Source: an uncultured virus (IMG/VR IMGVR_UViG_3300031088_000775) (Duplodnaviria; Heunggongvirae; Uroviricota; Caudoviricetes). Taken from it: a stretch of 64,000 nucleotides of DNA. The DNA is taken from the IMG/VR virus record IMGVR_UViG_3300031088_000775, one strand, 5' to 3'. A program made the position numbers and the translations under genes. This document shows, one piece after another, positions 1 to 10,099 of this stretch (its first letter is position 1; every line of letters begins with the position of its first letter). Under the pieces are notes generated by a model. It worked only from the letters and a program-made list of their open reading frames with translations, did no database searches and was not told the DNA's origin.

Positions 1-2
1 TA

Positions 3-1160
3 GAGCTATATTGGGATTGCAATAAAGGCCATACTTTTAAATCTCGAGGCTGCGATTTGAAGTCAAGAGGCTATAAATGTAAAGAGTGCTATCCGAGTAG
101 AAACGTATCCCCGAAGGTAAATTCTCTCCAGGCGATTTATCCAGATATTTCTGCTCATTATGATAGAGAAAGAAATGGTAACACGCCAGATCAAGTGCAT
201 AAGGGCTCTAAAAGGCTGGTTTGGTGGCTCTGCGATTTCGGACATAATTATGATAGAGAAGTTTATGTAGAGGTAAGATATGAGGGACGCTGCCCTATTT
301 GTACTGGCTATAGATTAGTTCCTGGAATAAATGATTTAGAAACTCTTTACCCGCATCTTGCTCCTATGTGGAGCCCTAATAACCCTAAGCCTATGAATAT
401 GTATTCTCCTAAGAGTGATTTTAAGGCTGAATTGATTTGCTCCTCAGGGCATGTATTTTTAAGAAGAATTTTCCATCAGACTAACGGTAATCTTTTACCT
501 TGTCCTGAGTGCCCTAAGCCTATACCTTTTGAAACTTCTGTAGCTTCAAGTGATTTGTTAATGAGCATGTGGAGCGAAGTTAACGAAGAAGACCCGAGAT
601 ATATTAAGAAGAAATCTCATAAGATCTTTACTTGGAATGGTAGAAATTGTGGGCACGCATTTATGAAGTCTGTTAAAGATGTTACTGAAACTTATGGTAA
701 GTGTTCTGACTGCAAAAACACTCAAGAAGATATTTTCGCTGACTTTATTAAAGATAGATATGAATTGTCTAATATTTTAAGAAATAAAAGACTTCTTAAG
801 AGTGATGAAATGAATCTTGAGTTAGATATTGTTGTTCCTGATAAGAATATTGCTATAGAATTTAATGGAGAATTGTGGCATTCTAATATTAAGATTTCTT
901 CTAATAGCGTTTTTGGTAGTGCTGTGAAGTATCACTCTTGGAAGATCTCTAAATCTAAAGACATTAACCTTGATTTGAAGTTTGTTTGGGCTCATGATTG
1001 GAGGGCTCATAAAGAAGAATTGTTTGATGCACTTGATGAATTGTTTATGAATGGAGAATCTGACTCCCCTTTTCTGAATCGTTTAGAGTCTCGTTTTGAT
1101 AGAGATTTGGATTGCGGTTGTGAGAAGTTTGAGAAGTCTCCAGAGTGGCTTACTACATAA
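3..1160 (+). CDS. Zinc-ribbon repeat protein with C-terminal PD-(D/E)XK/Vsr-like endonuclease domain (homing-endonuclease-like), 5'-truncated by window
   Basis: Frame is open from base 3 (ELYWDCNKGHTF) before the ORF-track start; repeated W-x-C-x2-GH...C-x2-C zinc-ribbon units; C-terminal ELDIVVPDKNIAIEFNGELWH...VWAHDW. Confidence 0.75.
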   Translation, partial: ELYWDCNKGHTFKSRGCDLKSRGYKCKECYPSRNVSPKVNSLQAIYPDISAHYDRERNGNTPDQVHKGSKRLVWWLCDFGHNYDREVYVEVRYEGRCPICTGYRLVPGINDLETLYPHLAPMWSPNNPKPMNMYSPKSDFKAELICSSGHVFLRRIFHQTNGNLLPCPECPKPIPFETSVASSDLLMSMWSEVNEEDPRYIKKKSHKIFTWNGRNCGHAFMKSVKDVTETYGKCSDCKNTQEDIFADFIKDRYELSNILRNKRLLKSDEMNLELDIVVPDKNIAIEFNGELWHSNIKISSNSVFGSAVKYHSWKISKSKDINLDLKFVWAHDWRAHKEELFDALDELFMNGESDSPFLNRLESRFDRDLDCGCEKFEKSPEWLTT

Positions 1161-1290
1161 AATCTTAAGGTTTTTAGTAGTTTTTTATAAAGTACTTTTG
1201 TCCTTCGTCTCAAAATACGCTCAACAGACAGTAACTGTAGTCTCACGGCACTTTAGTTACTGACTGTACACAAACCAACCTATAATATGA

Positions 1291-1325
1291 CCCTCTTAGT
1301 CTCGCTGGTAGAGCTGCTAAGAGGG
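1291..1325 (+). terminator. Stem-loop, possible intrinsic terminator
   Basis: CCCTCTTAG...CTAAGAGGG followed by TATTTATTT. Confidence 0.4.
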
Positions 1326-1359
1326 TATTTATTTGTAAATTTTTTGGTAAAATATTTTC

Positions 1360-2745
1360 ATGGCTAAAAAGATTGTTATGTATAAATGTGCTGACTGTGG
1401 GCGTGTACACAGAAAAGAACCGATCTCTTGCAATGGTTGTCAAGGTTTTGGTCCATTTAATGAATTTATTGAAGGTGGTGCTACAGAAGCGTCCAGTGCT
1501 GGTTTGAAATCAGGTGGAGCTGCTGCTCCGTCAAGTCGGGCTATGTCAATTTCAGAATTGAATAATAAGCCCTTTGCTAGAACTGAAACTGGGATTACCG
1601 AGTTAGATAGAGTTCTTGGTGGGGGTTTCGTTAATTCCTCTGTAGTTCTTCTTGGTGGAATGCCTGGAGCTGGTAAGTCTACTATGTGTTTAGCAATTGC
1701 TGAGAAGTTTGCTCAAATGGGTAAGAAAGTGCTTTACGCTTCAGGTGAAGAGTCTGAGCAGCAGATTGGACTTAGAGCTAAGAGGATGAATATTGCTAAT
1801 GAGAATATTCGTATAACAAATGAGGTTAGTCTTGAGGTGATTCAAGGCCATATTGAAACTGAAGCTCCAGAGTTCATGATCATTGATTCACTTCAGACGT
1901 TAGCTAGTTCTGAGATTTCTGGAAGTGTTGGAAGTATTTCTCAATCGAAAGAAGCGGCTCATGTTCTTACCAGAATCGCTAAAACTCGAGGGATTACGGC
2001 AGTATTGGTTAATCAAGTTTTGAAGGACGGAGATATGGCGGGCTCACAACAGGTGACCCATCTAGTAGACGCTGTTCTCATGTTTGAGTCTGATAAAGAG
2101 TCTCCGCTTAAGTTTTTAAGGGCTAGCAAGAATCGCTTTGGGGATATTTCAGAAGTTGGAGTATTTCAGCATTCTGAAACTGGTTTAGAGGAGGTTACTG
2201 ACCCGGGTGGAATACTTCTGGATGATGAATCAGATTCACCGCTTACTGGAACAGCCTGTGGTTTTATTGCGGAGGGAATTCGCCAGCTCCCAGTTGAGGT
2301 TCAGTCTCTAGTCGTAGATAGCAATCTACCTAACCCTAGAAAGCAGTTTAACGGAGTTAACTTCATGCGTGGTCAAATCATTTGCGGTGTTCTCGATAAG
2401 TTCTGTAGGACTAAACTCTATGACTATGATGTGTATGTTAGCACTATGTCTGGTGTTAAAGTTATGGATCCTCTTTCAGATCTTTCTACAGCTGCTGCAA
2501 TTCTTTCTTCTCGAATGGATAAGCCTACTAAAGGTAGAGTAGCCTTTGTTGGGGAGTTAGCTCTTACTGGTCAGATTCGTGGTTCGTATATGATAGAGAA
2601 CAAGATTAGAGAGGCTGCTCGTTTAGGTTTTGATGAGATTGTGATACCTAAGCCTGCATTGAAGAATCTTCATAAAACTAATTTTGGTATTAAGATTTCT
2701 ACTATTTCTAATATTCGAGAATTGTCGAAATTCCTTGAAAGTTGA
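1360..2745 (+). CDS. radA: DNA repair protein RadA/Sms
   Basis: N-terminal C4 zinc finger (CADC...CNGC), ELDRVLGGG, Walker A GMPGAGKST, KNRFG motif, Lon-like C-terminus GELALTGQIR; leaderless start 6 nt after TGGTAAAAT. Confidence 0.95.
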   Translation: MAKKIVMYKCADCGRVHRKEPISCNGCQGFGPFNEFIEGGATEASSAGLKSGGAAAPSSRAMSISELNNKPFARTETGITELDRVLGGGFVNSSVVLLGGMPGAGKSTMCLAIAEKFAQMGKKVLYASGEESEQQIGLRAKRMNIANENIRITNEVSLEVIQGHIETEAPEFMIIDSLQTLASSEISGSVGSISQSKEAAHVLTRIAKTRGITAVLVNQVLKDGDMAGSQQVTHLVDAVLMFESDKESPLKFLRASKNRFGDISEVGVFQHSETGLEEVTDPGGILLDDESDSPLTGTACGFIAEGIRQLPVEVQSLVVDSNLPNPRKQFNGVNFMRGQIICGVLDKFCRTKLYDYDVYVSTMSGVKVMDPLSDLSTAAAILSSRMDKPTKGRVAFVGELALTGQIRGSYMIENKIREAARLGFDEIVIPKPALKNLHKTNFGIKISTISNIRELSKFLES

Positions 2746-2799
2746 TATTTAGTTCTGAAATTGTAATAACAAGTTTAAACTAAGGAAGGGGAATTCAGT

Positions 2800-3480
2800 A
2801 TGGGTTTACCTACAACACCTCCGGGCGGTTTCCCTAGAGATATGGGCCCTAAACCTACAGACGCTTTAAGGGATCATATAAAGAGAGTTCCGGCCGAGCA
2901 ATCTCGCAAGAAAGTTTCGGAAGTTAGAGAAAATAAAACTCCTGCTGGAAGACCTAAATCAGCAGAGAGCCCTAGAGTTAATAGGTCATCACCGTCTGAA
3001 TCACCGTCTAGAAAAACTGTTGATTCTTCGAAAAGTTCTCGCAGGGTTGAGGAAAAACCTTCGCGCCGAGTTCAGCCTAAGGTTGAAGATCGTAAAGTAG
3101 AAAACGAACCTACAGTCAGTGATCTTCCTGAGGGTTGGGCAATTGATCCTAAGACTGGTAAGAAGTATAAGAAGCTTGCTGGAGCTCCTGCTGACGCTAT
3201 TAAGAATGGTAGAAAGTCAGGTTTAAGTAAAGAGCAGTTAGAAGCTATAACAGTTTTTGATGATGACTTTAATTTGGATGACTTGAACGCTTCTGCTAAT
3301 ATTTTTATGGCACATCTTAGAGTCCCACCTGATAAAGATGAGCAAAAGCGTCTTGCTGAGGATCGAGTAAAGAAGCGTCGAGCGAGTGATGCTGCGTATA
3401 AGGCTGCTCAAGAATTCCTTGATGAGAAAGACAAGGCTCGCGAGGAAAAGGCTGAAGAGAATAAGAAGAAGCGCAAGTAA
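2800..3480 (+). CDS. Hypothetical charged/disordered protein
   Basis: 226-aa ORF with GGAAGGGG RBS, co-oriented with neighbours. Confidence 0.7.
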   Translation: MGLPTTPPGGFPRDMGPKPTDALRDHIKRVPAEQSRKKVSEVRENKTPAGRPKSAESPRVNRSSPSESPSRKTVDSSKSSRRVEEKPSRRVQPKVEDRKVENEPTVSDLPEGWAIDPKTGKKYKKLAGAPADAIKNGRKSGLSKEQLEAITVFDDDFNLDDLNASANIFMAHLRVPPDKDEQKRLAEDRVKKRRASDAAYKAAQEFLDEKDKAREEKAEENKKKRK

Positions 3481-3540
3481 TTCGGTGATAACTTGTTAGA
3501 AAACTTTATAAATAATATTTATTGCTGAGGTACTTGGAAA

Positions 3541-3738
3541 ATGATGAGATTTATCAAAAATGTTTTTATCTTTATTGTAGCTGCTGGTGTTATTGTAGCT
3601 CTACTGAAGATGTTCGGTGGTGATCCTTTCGCTGTTCTTGAATGGGCGTGGAGTTGGGTTATCTCCTTTATTGACAGGATTTCCGATTGGCTTTCTGGTA
3701 ATTACTACTTCCAGAAAGCAGCTAGTTCTCCTGCTTAA
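3541..3738 (+). CDS. Small membrane protein
   Basis: Hydrophobic N-terminal helix and Trp-rich amphipathic segment; GAGG upstream. Confidence 0.65.
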   Translation: MMRFIKNVFIFIVAAGVIVALLKMFGGDPFAVLEWAWSWVISFIDRISDWLSGNYYFQKAASSPA

Positions 3739-3857
3739 AACTGTATAAAACTTTTTATAGTTTATGTCTATTTATTGATCAAATAGCACGTCTTGTTGGT
3801 AAAATAATACTAACAGACGTGCTATTTATTTAGTTTAAAATAAGGAGAAAAAGTAAG

Positions 3858-4811
3858 ATGAGCACATATTCAAGAGCACCATTCATTTCTTATGATGGTA
3901 AAGACGAAAGCGGCCTTAGAGCTGAAGTCAAGGTAGTTGTAGGCTACGGCGACATTTTTGATGTTGAAGATTCTGACAACGGTAAAGCAGCTAAGGTTAC
4001 TTTCAAAGTTGAAAATAGCAAGTGGAAGTCATCCGGTTGGGCTCCTCTCGATTCTAATGTTATTGAGAAAGTAAAAGAAGCTCAATCCTCTGGCGTTCCT
4101 ATCCACTTCAGAATTGAAACTAGACGTAAAGATCATGTTGATAGAAGCATGCCAATGGCTGAGGTTTCACCACCACGCGATTCTACAGCAGCTCGCGATA
4201 ATACAGTGAAATCACTTGCTGCAGTTCGTTTAGAGTCTGAAGAGAATTGGACTATTTCTCCTCACGCTAAAACACGACTTGAAGAGGACCCTAAAACAGG
4301 TGGCGGCGGTTCACCTTCAGCCTACGATACCCCACTTGAAGAATTAAAGCCTAAGCCTTCAAGCCCGCACGCTTCTGCCCCTTCACATAGCGGTGTTGAG
4401 GCGCCACCATTCACTACTTACAATAATGATGGTAGCTTGAATCTAGGTTCAGTAGCAGTATCAGTTCCATCTAATCTTTTCTCATATGTTACTGAATATG
4501 AAAGAACCCATAAGATTGAATTTAGTGATAAGCAGCGCATTATTCTTTCAAAATTGATGCTTTCAGCTTCTAACGAAATTCAATTAGGTATTTATGATGG
4601 AGAGAAACTAACTAAACCAGATCTATCACTCGGTTCACATACTCGCGCTCGCGCTTTGCTTTTTGAGTCTATTAGAACCTACTTCCCTATCACTCTAGAA
4701 TTAGTTGAGAGTAAGGAAGAAATGATGAATTGGCGTAAGAATCTAGTTGAGAAGTCATTGTGGTTGTGGCGTTGGAGTATTTCAGAAGTTAATAAGCTTT
4801 CAGAAGGTTAA
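3858..4811 (+). CDS. Hypothetical protein
   Basis: 317-aa ORF, AAGGAG RBS, TGGTAAAAT extended -10 upstream. Confidence 0.75.
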   Translation: MSTYSRAPFISYDGKDESGLRAEVKVVVGYGDIFDVEDSDNGKAAKVTFKVENSKWKSSGWAPLDSNVIEKVKEAQSSGVPIHFRIETRRKDHVDRSMPMAEVSPPRDSTAARDNTVKSLAAVRLESEENWTISPHAKTRLEEDPKTGGGGSPSAYDTPLEELKPKPSSPHASAPSHSGVEAPPFTTYNNDGSLNLGSVAVSVPSNLFSYVTEYERTHKIEFSDKQRIILSKLMLSASNEIQLGIYDGEKLTKPDLSLGSHTRARALLFESIRTYFPITLELVESKEEMMNWRKNLVEKSLWLWRWSISEVNKLSEG

Positions 4812-5001
4812 TTCTTTTTATTAGTTAATTAGCGTTTATATAGACTTTAAATGTCCTTTAGAATTTGCATTCTTTAGGTCATTTTTAGTATTTTCTTAAA
4901 GTTTTTCTTAAATTGATATTAGTTTTGTGACTGGTTCTAGCAGCTTAAGTTAGAAAACTTAAGTGAAGGTATCTCGAGAATACTAATAAGGGAAAAATAA
5001 T

Positions 5002-5304
5002 ATGAAAAATTTCATGTCTAATGTAAACGCTGCATTTGGTACTGCAGGTTCTACTGAAAGCCGCGACAGCGGTGAAATCGTATCACTAGTTCTTACTATC
5101 GCTGGCTTCGCGGTTATCGCTATTCTAGCCGTTAACTGGCTTGGTACTGCGGTTCTATCAAAGGCTGCAGACGCTGCTACCTGTATCGAAGGGTCTAGCT
5201 CTTACAACGCAACTTCTTCCTCAGGAAAAACTAGCTGTAATGCTAAGGCTGGTGGAATCAAATCCTTCAAGGAAGATTCTGGCTACAAGCAAAGAGTTAA
5301 GTAA
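5002..5304 (+). CDS. Flp/Tad-type pilin-like protein
   Basis: Hydrophilic leader ending RDSG followed by a hydrophobic helix (EIVSLVLTIAGFAVIAILAV) and a Cys pair; directly upstream of tadC-tadA-tadB and followed by a strong terminator. Confidence 0.6.
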   Translation: MKNFMSNVNAAFGTAGSTESRDSGEIVSLVLTIAGFAVIAILAVNWLGTAVLSKAADAATCIEGSSSYNATSSSGKTSCNAKAGGIKSFKEDSGYKQRVK

Positions 5305-5316
5305 TAACTTTTAATT

Positions 5317-5350
5317 AAAATAGCGGGGGATTTAATTCTCCCGCTATTTT
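5317..5350 (+). terminator. Intrinsic terminator after pilin-like gene
   Basis: AAAATAGCGGGGGA / TCTCCCGCTATTTT inverted repeat. Confidence 0.75.
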
Positions 5351-5451
5351 AGTCAGATCTGTAGATCTTCCTATTCCTCAAAACTTCTAAAAACAACGAG
5401 TCTTTGATATTTGAATTAAACTATCACAATAATATTAACTAAAGGAATCTC

Positions 5452-6348
5452 ATGGGAAGTCCATACGTTATCGCAGCAGTCATAGCGCTTGCTCTAGGAT
5501 TGTTTGCATACTCTATACTTGTGCCAAGAAATATTGATCACTTCGCACCAGACAACAGTGAAGAGACTGAAGATAATTTTATCCTCAGAATCACAACTAA
5601 AATCTCTAGTGAGCTCTACAATGCTTTGCCAGCCGGAGTGGGGTCAAATAGAAAAGTCAACCCAAGAGTCGAATTGCTTCTTCAACGATCAGGTAACCCT
5701 TGGGGTTTACGCTCTGATGAGTTCATATTTTTCCAGTGGACTGCAGGAATTCTAGGTCTTGTCGGCGGCTGGCTTATTTCTCTTATTGTATCTCCATTAC
5801 TAGGCGTACATTGGGGTTTTATTGCCGGCGGTTTCGCTATTTTTGGATTCTTCATTCCACAAATTAAGTATGCAGAACTAGCAAAAGAACGTGATTTAGA
5901 ATTCACTAGGCATCTCCCCGAAATTCTTGATCTTTTGATTATCCCGCTTGTCGCTGGTTCAGACATTAACAATGCTATCCGTAAGTCATTACCTAATATG
6001 CCCAATGGAGTTCTTCGCGATGAATTTGAAGAGGTATTGAGAGCTATTGACACTGGTAAGACTACTAATGAAGCTTTAGATATTCTTGCTGATAGAGCCC
6101 CAAATGAGAGTATTTCAGCATTCGTTAGAGCAGTCCAGGAGGCGAACACTCTTCAAGTGCCTATGGTTGATACTATGAAGTCCAGAGCTCGTGCAAGCCG
6201 AGCTGACTTCTTCGGGCTTATCTATAATAAAACTGCTCAAATGCCTTCAAAGTTAATGCTAATACTCTTCCCAACCTTAGTTCCAGCACTTATTATCGTT
6301 GTAGTTGCACCTGCAATCGGATCCCTAATGTCAACCCTAGGAGGGTAA
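5452..6348 (+). CDS. tadC: Tad pilus assembly protein TadC (T2SSF domain)
   Basis: TM helices, LPEILDLLIIPLVAG, EALDILADR, C-terminal KLMLILFPTLVPALI; adjacent to CpaF ATPase. Confidence 0.8.
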   Translation: MGSPYVIAAVIALALGLFAYSILVPRNIDHFAPDNSEETEDNFILRITTKISSELYNALPAGVGSNRKVNPRVELLLQRSGNPWGLRSDEFIFFQWTAGILGLVGGWLISLIVSPLLGVHWGFIAGGFAIFGFFIPQIKYAELAKERDLEFTRHLPEILDLLIIPLVAGSDINNAIRKSLPNMPNGVLRDEFEEVLRAIDTGKTTNEALDILADRAPNESISAFVRAVQEANTLQVPMVDTMKSRARASRADFFGLIYNKTAQMPSKLMLILFPTLVPALIIVVVAPAIGSLMSTLGG

Positions 6349-8142
6349 ATGTCACTTATGAATTGGTCAAGTAATAAAAAAGACAAGAAGAATGGTTTAC
6401 CTTCAGAAATAATGAATACAGACTCTGAAGAAACACCTATTGTAGAAGATTCTATAAGTTCTGATAAAGAACCACAGAATAATTCTACTACTGTTACGGA
6501 TGATTTAACAGTCGAACCTACTGCCTTCGCAGGGTTAAATACCCCGAATCCTAAAGATTATGAACCCGGAAGTAAGTATAAAGACATTGATAGATTCTTT
6601 TCAGATGATGATGAAATTAAAGCCTTAAATAAAGCTAAAGGGAATAACGCTCTTACTGAAATTGCTCCTCAAGAAGGTAATAAGACTACTAGAGCTCTTG
6701 AAAAATCATTTAAAGAATATAAGCAAATGTATCCCCATAGCTCTTTCAAGGCTGCAAAATTCATAACTGCTGACATACTTTTAGAAGCTGATGAAAATTA
6801 TTTCGACGTATATCAAGAGAATCTTAAGGCCGCTGTCGATTGGACTCAGACTACGATTGCTGATAAAGAGATGTCAGATATTCTAGCTGAATGTAAAGCA
6901 AATCCAACTGATGATGCACTCCAAGAAGAGGCCTTTAAAGTAGTCCAGACAGTTGCTATCGAGTTTCTTGATAGGCTTTCATATCGCGGTATTGATCGAG
7001 AAATAATGAAAGCACTTGTTGCAAACGAGATTGTAGGCTTTAGCGCTATCGATCCTCTTTGGCGTGATCGAAAAATTAACGAAATTTTCTGTAACGGCCC
7101 AAATAATATTAAAGTTGAAATTGCTGGTAAGAAGTATAAGGTACCGAGCTGTAAATTTAGAGACGCAGTACACTTAGAAAACTTCCTAGAAAGACTCTTT
7201 GGAGCTCTTAATAAGAAGCTTTCACGAACTACCCCAATTCTTAAAAGCCGACTTCATGATAACAGCCGTCTTCATGCGACACATAGAGTTGTTGCGCCGA
7301 ACGGACCGAATGTCAACATTCGTCGCCATCCTGAAAGATTCTGGGAGCCTGCTGACTTAGTAAGCAATGGTTCATCTTCAGAAGAAATGATGACATATTT
7401 AGGAAACTTAATTAATAAAGGCTGTTCTTTTATTGTTATTGGTGGTACTTCAACTGGTAAAACATCTTTGCTTAATGCTATGACAGGTTTCATTAAAGAT
7501 GATGATTATATCCTAACACTTGAGGATAGCATCGAAATGCTCCCGAACCCGCGTAAGATGCTGGGGTCCCCTATGGAGTGTGTAGCGCCCGCGACTGATA
7601 ACGGTAATGATCGTGGAGTTACTATGCGTGATTTAGTTAAGGCTTCAACCCAGATGGCTCCAGACTGCATTATTGTAGGTGAGGTGAGGGACTCTGCAGC
7701 GATGGACTTAGTACAGGCTTTGAATACTGGTCACTATGGTGGCTCAACTGTTCACGCTAATACAAGTTTCGATGGTGTTTATCGTATGGCATCTCTTATT
7801 GCTCAGTCAGGAGAATCAACAATGGAGGGCGCACTACCTCTAATTGCGGCAGCTTTTGACATTATTATCCACGTTAAGAGATATAACATTGATGGTTCAA
7901 GAAGAATTTCTGAAATTGCCGAAATTGCACCATTCCCTAAGCAGGATGAAGCCGGAAACGCATATTTACCTTTGAATCCTCTGTGGCGTTTCAAGAGTGA
8001 AGGTTTAGTGGATGGAAAAGTTACAGGTGATTGGGTTAAAGTTGGAGAGATGTCTAAGATTAGATCTGAGAGGCGTAATCTTAGTATCGAACCTGATCTT
8101 TCATGGGAAGAGTTGAAACATTTAAGTCGAATTAAGGATTAG
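6349..8142 (+). CDS. tadA: Tad pilus ATPase TadA/CpaF with acidic N-terminal extension
   Basis: INEIFCNGP, Walker A GGTSTGKT, TLEDSIE, PDCIIVGEVR, ALNTGH, STVHAN, RRISEIAE. Confidence 0.92.
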   Translation: MSLMNWSSNKKDKKNGLPSEIMNTDSEETPIVEDSISSDKEPQNNSTTVTDDLTVEPTAFAGLNTPNPKDYEPGSKYKDIDRFFSDDDEIKALNKAKGNNALTEIAPQEGNKTTRALEKSFKEYKQMYPHSSFKAAKFITADILLEADENYFDVYQENLKAAVDWTQTTIADKEMSDILAECKANPTDDALQEEAFKVVQTVAIEFLDRLSYRGIDREIMKALVANEIVGFSAIDPLWRDRKINEIFCNGPNNIKVEIAGKKYKVPSCKFRDAVHLENFLERLFGALNKKLSRTTPILKSRLHDNSRLHATHRVVAPNGPNVNIRRHPERFWEPADLVSNGSSSEEMMTYLGNLINKGCSFIVIGGTSTGKTSLLNAMTGFIKDDDYILTLEDSIEMLPNPRKMLGSPMECVAPATDNGNDRGVTMRDLVKASTQMAPDCIIVGEVRDSAAMDLVQALNTGHYGGSTVHANTSFDGVYRMASLIAQSGESTMEGALPLIAAAFDIIIHVKRYNIDGSRRISEIAEIAPFPKQDEAGNAYLPLNPLWRFKSEGLVDGKVTGDWVKVGEMSKIRSERRNLSIEPDLSWEELKHLSRIKD

Positions 8143-8144
8143 CT

Positions 8145-8182
8145 AAAAGCGGTCAATACTTATTTATGTATTGACCGCTTTT
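8145..8182 (+). terminator. Intrinsic terminator
   Basis: AAAAGCGGTCAATAC / GTATTGACCGCTTTT perfect 15-bp inverted repeat. Confidence 0.75.
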
Positions 8183-8289
8183 AAGGCTTTAAGTGATATT
8201 AACTTTAAAATCGCCTCAGAAAAATGACAAAACTACGGCGACTACCACCTAGACCTAAACATCTTTTGATTAGAGGGGAAAACAAGTAT

Positions 8290-9246
8290 ATGTTCAATCT
8301 TACTGGCGATATAGTGATATACCTAATCTCTGCCTGCGCTGCTGCAGCAGTAGGTGTCACTTTCATGCTTATCTATTTGCACTACCGTAAGAATAATGAC
8401 GATGCAGTTTATAGCAAGCAGCTTGAGGATCTTCTTTCAGATGATAGTGATGTTAACCTCAAAAACACTTCTAGCGTATCCTATAAATGGAATAAGTACT
8501 GGGGAGGAATCGCTAAGGAATCAGGATTATCGAGATATTCTGATACTACAAGTAATGCAGGTAGAGATGCAGTAATTCTTACTATTGTAAGTACAGTTCT
8601 AATTTCAGCTCTATTCCAAAATATTATTGCTGGTGCTGCGATCTCGCTCGCTCTATTATTTGGGGCCTCCACAGCATTACGTACTATGTCTAATAAGAAA
8701 GTAGAACTTCTCAATAACCAACTACCCGGATTCCTTTTCGCTTTAAAGGCTAACGTAGTATCAGGCGAAACACTTGAGAAATCATTTTTAAAAATATCTA
8801 ATGTAATGCCCCAACCTTTACGTGATGATCTAAATATAGTCACTAATAGAATTCTTGCTAACGCTACTTTCAAAGAAGCACTTGAAGAGCTTTCCGAAAA
8901 GACTACATCTAACGATCTTCGCTTTCTTTGCTCATGTATGATTCAAGCTTCCGGCGAAGGTATTTCACTCGAAACTCAAATTAACACTATTCAAGAGGTT
9001 ATTGAAGAAAAACAACGAGTTTCAAGAGAAATTACTAAAGGTTTGAAGTCAGCAACTCCTTCTATTTGGGTTTCCTCAGTTGCTATCCCCGGATCTTTTA
9101 TTGCAGCATACCTTCTTGATACCCAAGCTCGTGAATTCTGGTTCAACGGAATTTTCTCTTGGATTCTATTAATTGTTGTCGGTGTTCTATGGGGTCTATC
9201 AATCTATGGAACTAAGAAAATGGCTGACGGTATCCGCAATCTTTAA
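8290..9246 (+). CDS. tadB: Tad pilus assembly protein TadB (T2SSF domain)
   Basis: QLPGFLFALKANVVSG, EALEELSE, two C-terminal TM helices; ATG 8290 preferred over 8224 because of GAGGGG RBS. Confidence 0.8.
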   Translation: MFNLTGDIVIYLISACAAAAVGVTFMLIYLHYRKNNDDAVYSKQLEDLLSDDSDVNLKNTSSVSYKWNKYWGGIAKESGLSRYSDTTSNAGRDAVILTIVSTVLISALFQNIIAGAAISLALLFGASTALRTMSNKKVELLNNQLPGFLFALKANVVSGETLEKSFLKISNVMPQPLRDDLNIVTNRILANATFKEALEELSEKTTSNDLRFLCSCMIQASGEGISLETQINTIQEVIEEKQRVSREITKGLKSATPSIWVSSVAIPGSFIAAYLLDTQAREFWFNGIFSWILLIVVGVLWGLSIYGTKKMADGIRNL

Positions 9247-9259
9247 GAAAGTTATGTAA

Positions 9260-10099
9260 ATGTCTAAAATTTTAAAAGCACGATTCATTATCCCGAAGAA
9301 TAAGATTAAGAATGCTAATGCGCCGTTAGGTCATATTATAGCAGCACAAAGATCAGCATGGATTAGAGAGTATTCAGTTGATGTTTGGGGTGAAGCTATT
9401 CGCGAGCAATTTAATATTGAGGCTATTGAGCCTTCGGTCGAAGATGTGGGAGCCTTAGAGTACCCTGAAGAAGTTCGTGAAATTCAGGAAAAGATTCAAT
9501 CCTTAACCGATGATATGAATGAAGCAGACTCTAAATTGAAGGAATTACAATCTAATGATTCTGAGTATAAGTCTTGGAAGAAAGAACGTACTTCATTAAA
9601 GCGTAAGGCGGCCGAAAACTTTGAGAAGCTTGAGGAAATAGAGCAAAAAATCTTTGAGTATGAGGAGAAGATTTCTTCTTTGAAGGCTTTGAAGGTTCGG
9701 CGTAAAGCTAGTTTAGCCTCTTTTAAGAAGAGCCGCGAAAAAGACTCTAAGAAGCTTATTCGAAAGACTGAAAGTAACAATAAGAAGAAATACATTGAAG
9801 CGAAGATCAAGGCCAACGCCTTCCAGCATATTTTTGAAAAGTGTTTTGTAGTAGCTACAGTACATAATATTACTAATCGCGACTTTGACTCACCAAACTT
9901 TTACCCAAGTTTGAAGCCCATATTAGACGCAGGAACCGATACTGGCGTTCTCTGGGAAGACGATAATAACAGAATCATTCGCAGTACAACGTTCTTACCA
10001 GGTACTAATCTAGACAGAAACAACTATATTCTTGATATAGAGATTTTTGAAAGTATTGAAGAATTCTATGAAAAACTCAAAGAAGCAAACGATCAATGA
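9260..10099 (+). CDS. Coiled-coil hypothetical protein
   Basis: Central K/E-rich heptad region; in operon with tadB. Confidence 0.7.
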   Translation: MSKILKARFIIPKNKIKNANAPLGHIIAAQRSAWIREYSVDVWGEAIREQFNIEAIEPSVEDVGALEYPEEVREIQEKIQSLTDDMNEADSKLKELQSNDSEYKSWKKERTSLKRKAAENFEKLEEIEQKIFEYEEKISSLKALKVRRKASLASFKKSREKDSKKLIRKTESNNKKKYIEAKIKANAFQHIFEKCFVVATVHNITNRDFDSPNFYPSLKPILDAGTDTGVLWEDDNNRIIRSTTFLPGTNLDRNNYILDIEIFESIEEFYEKLKEANDQ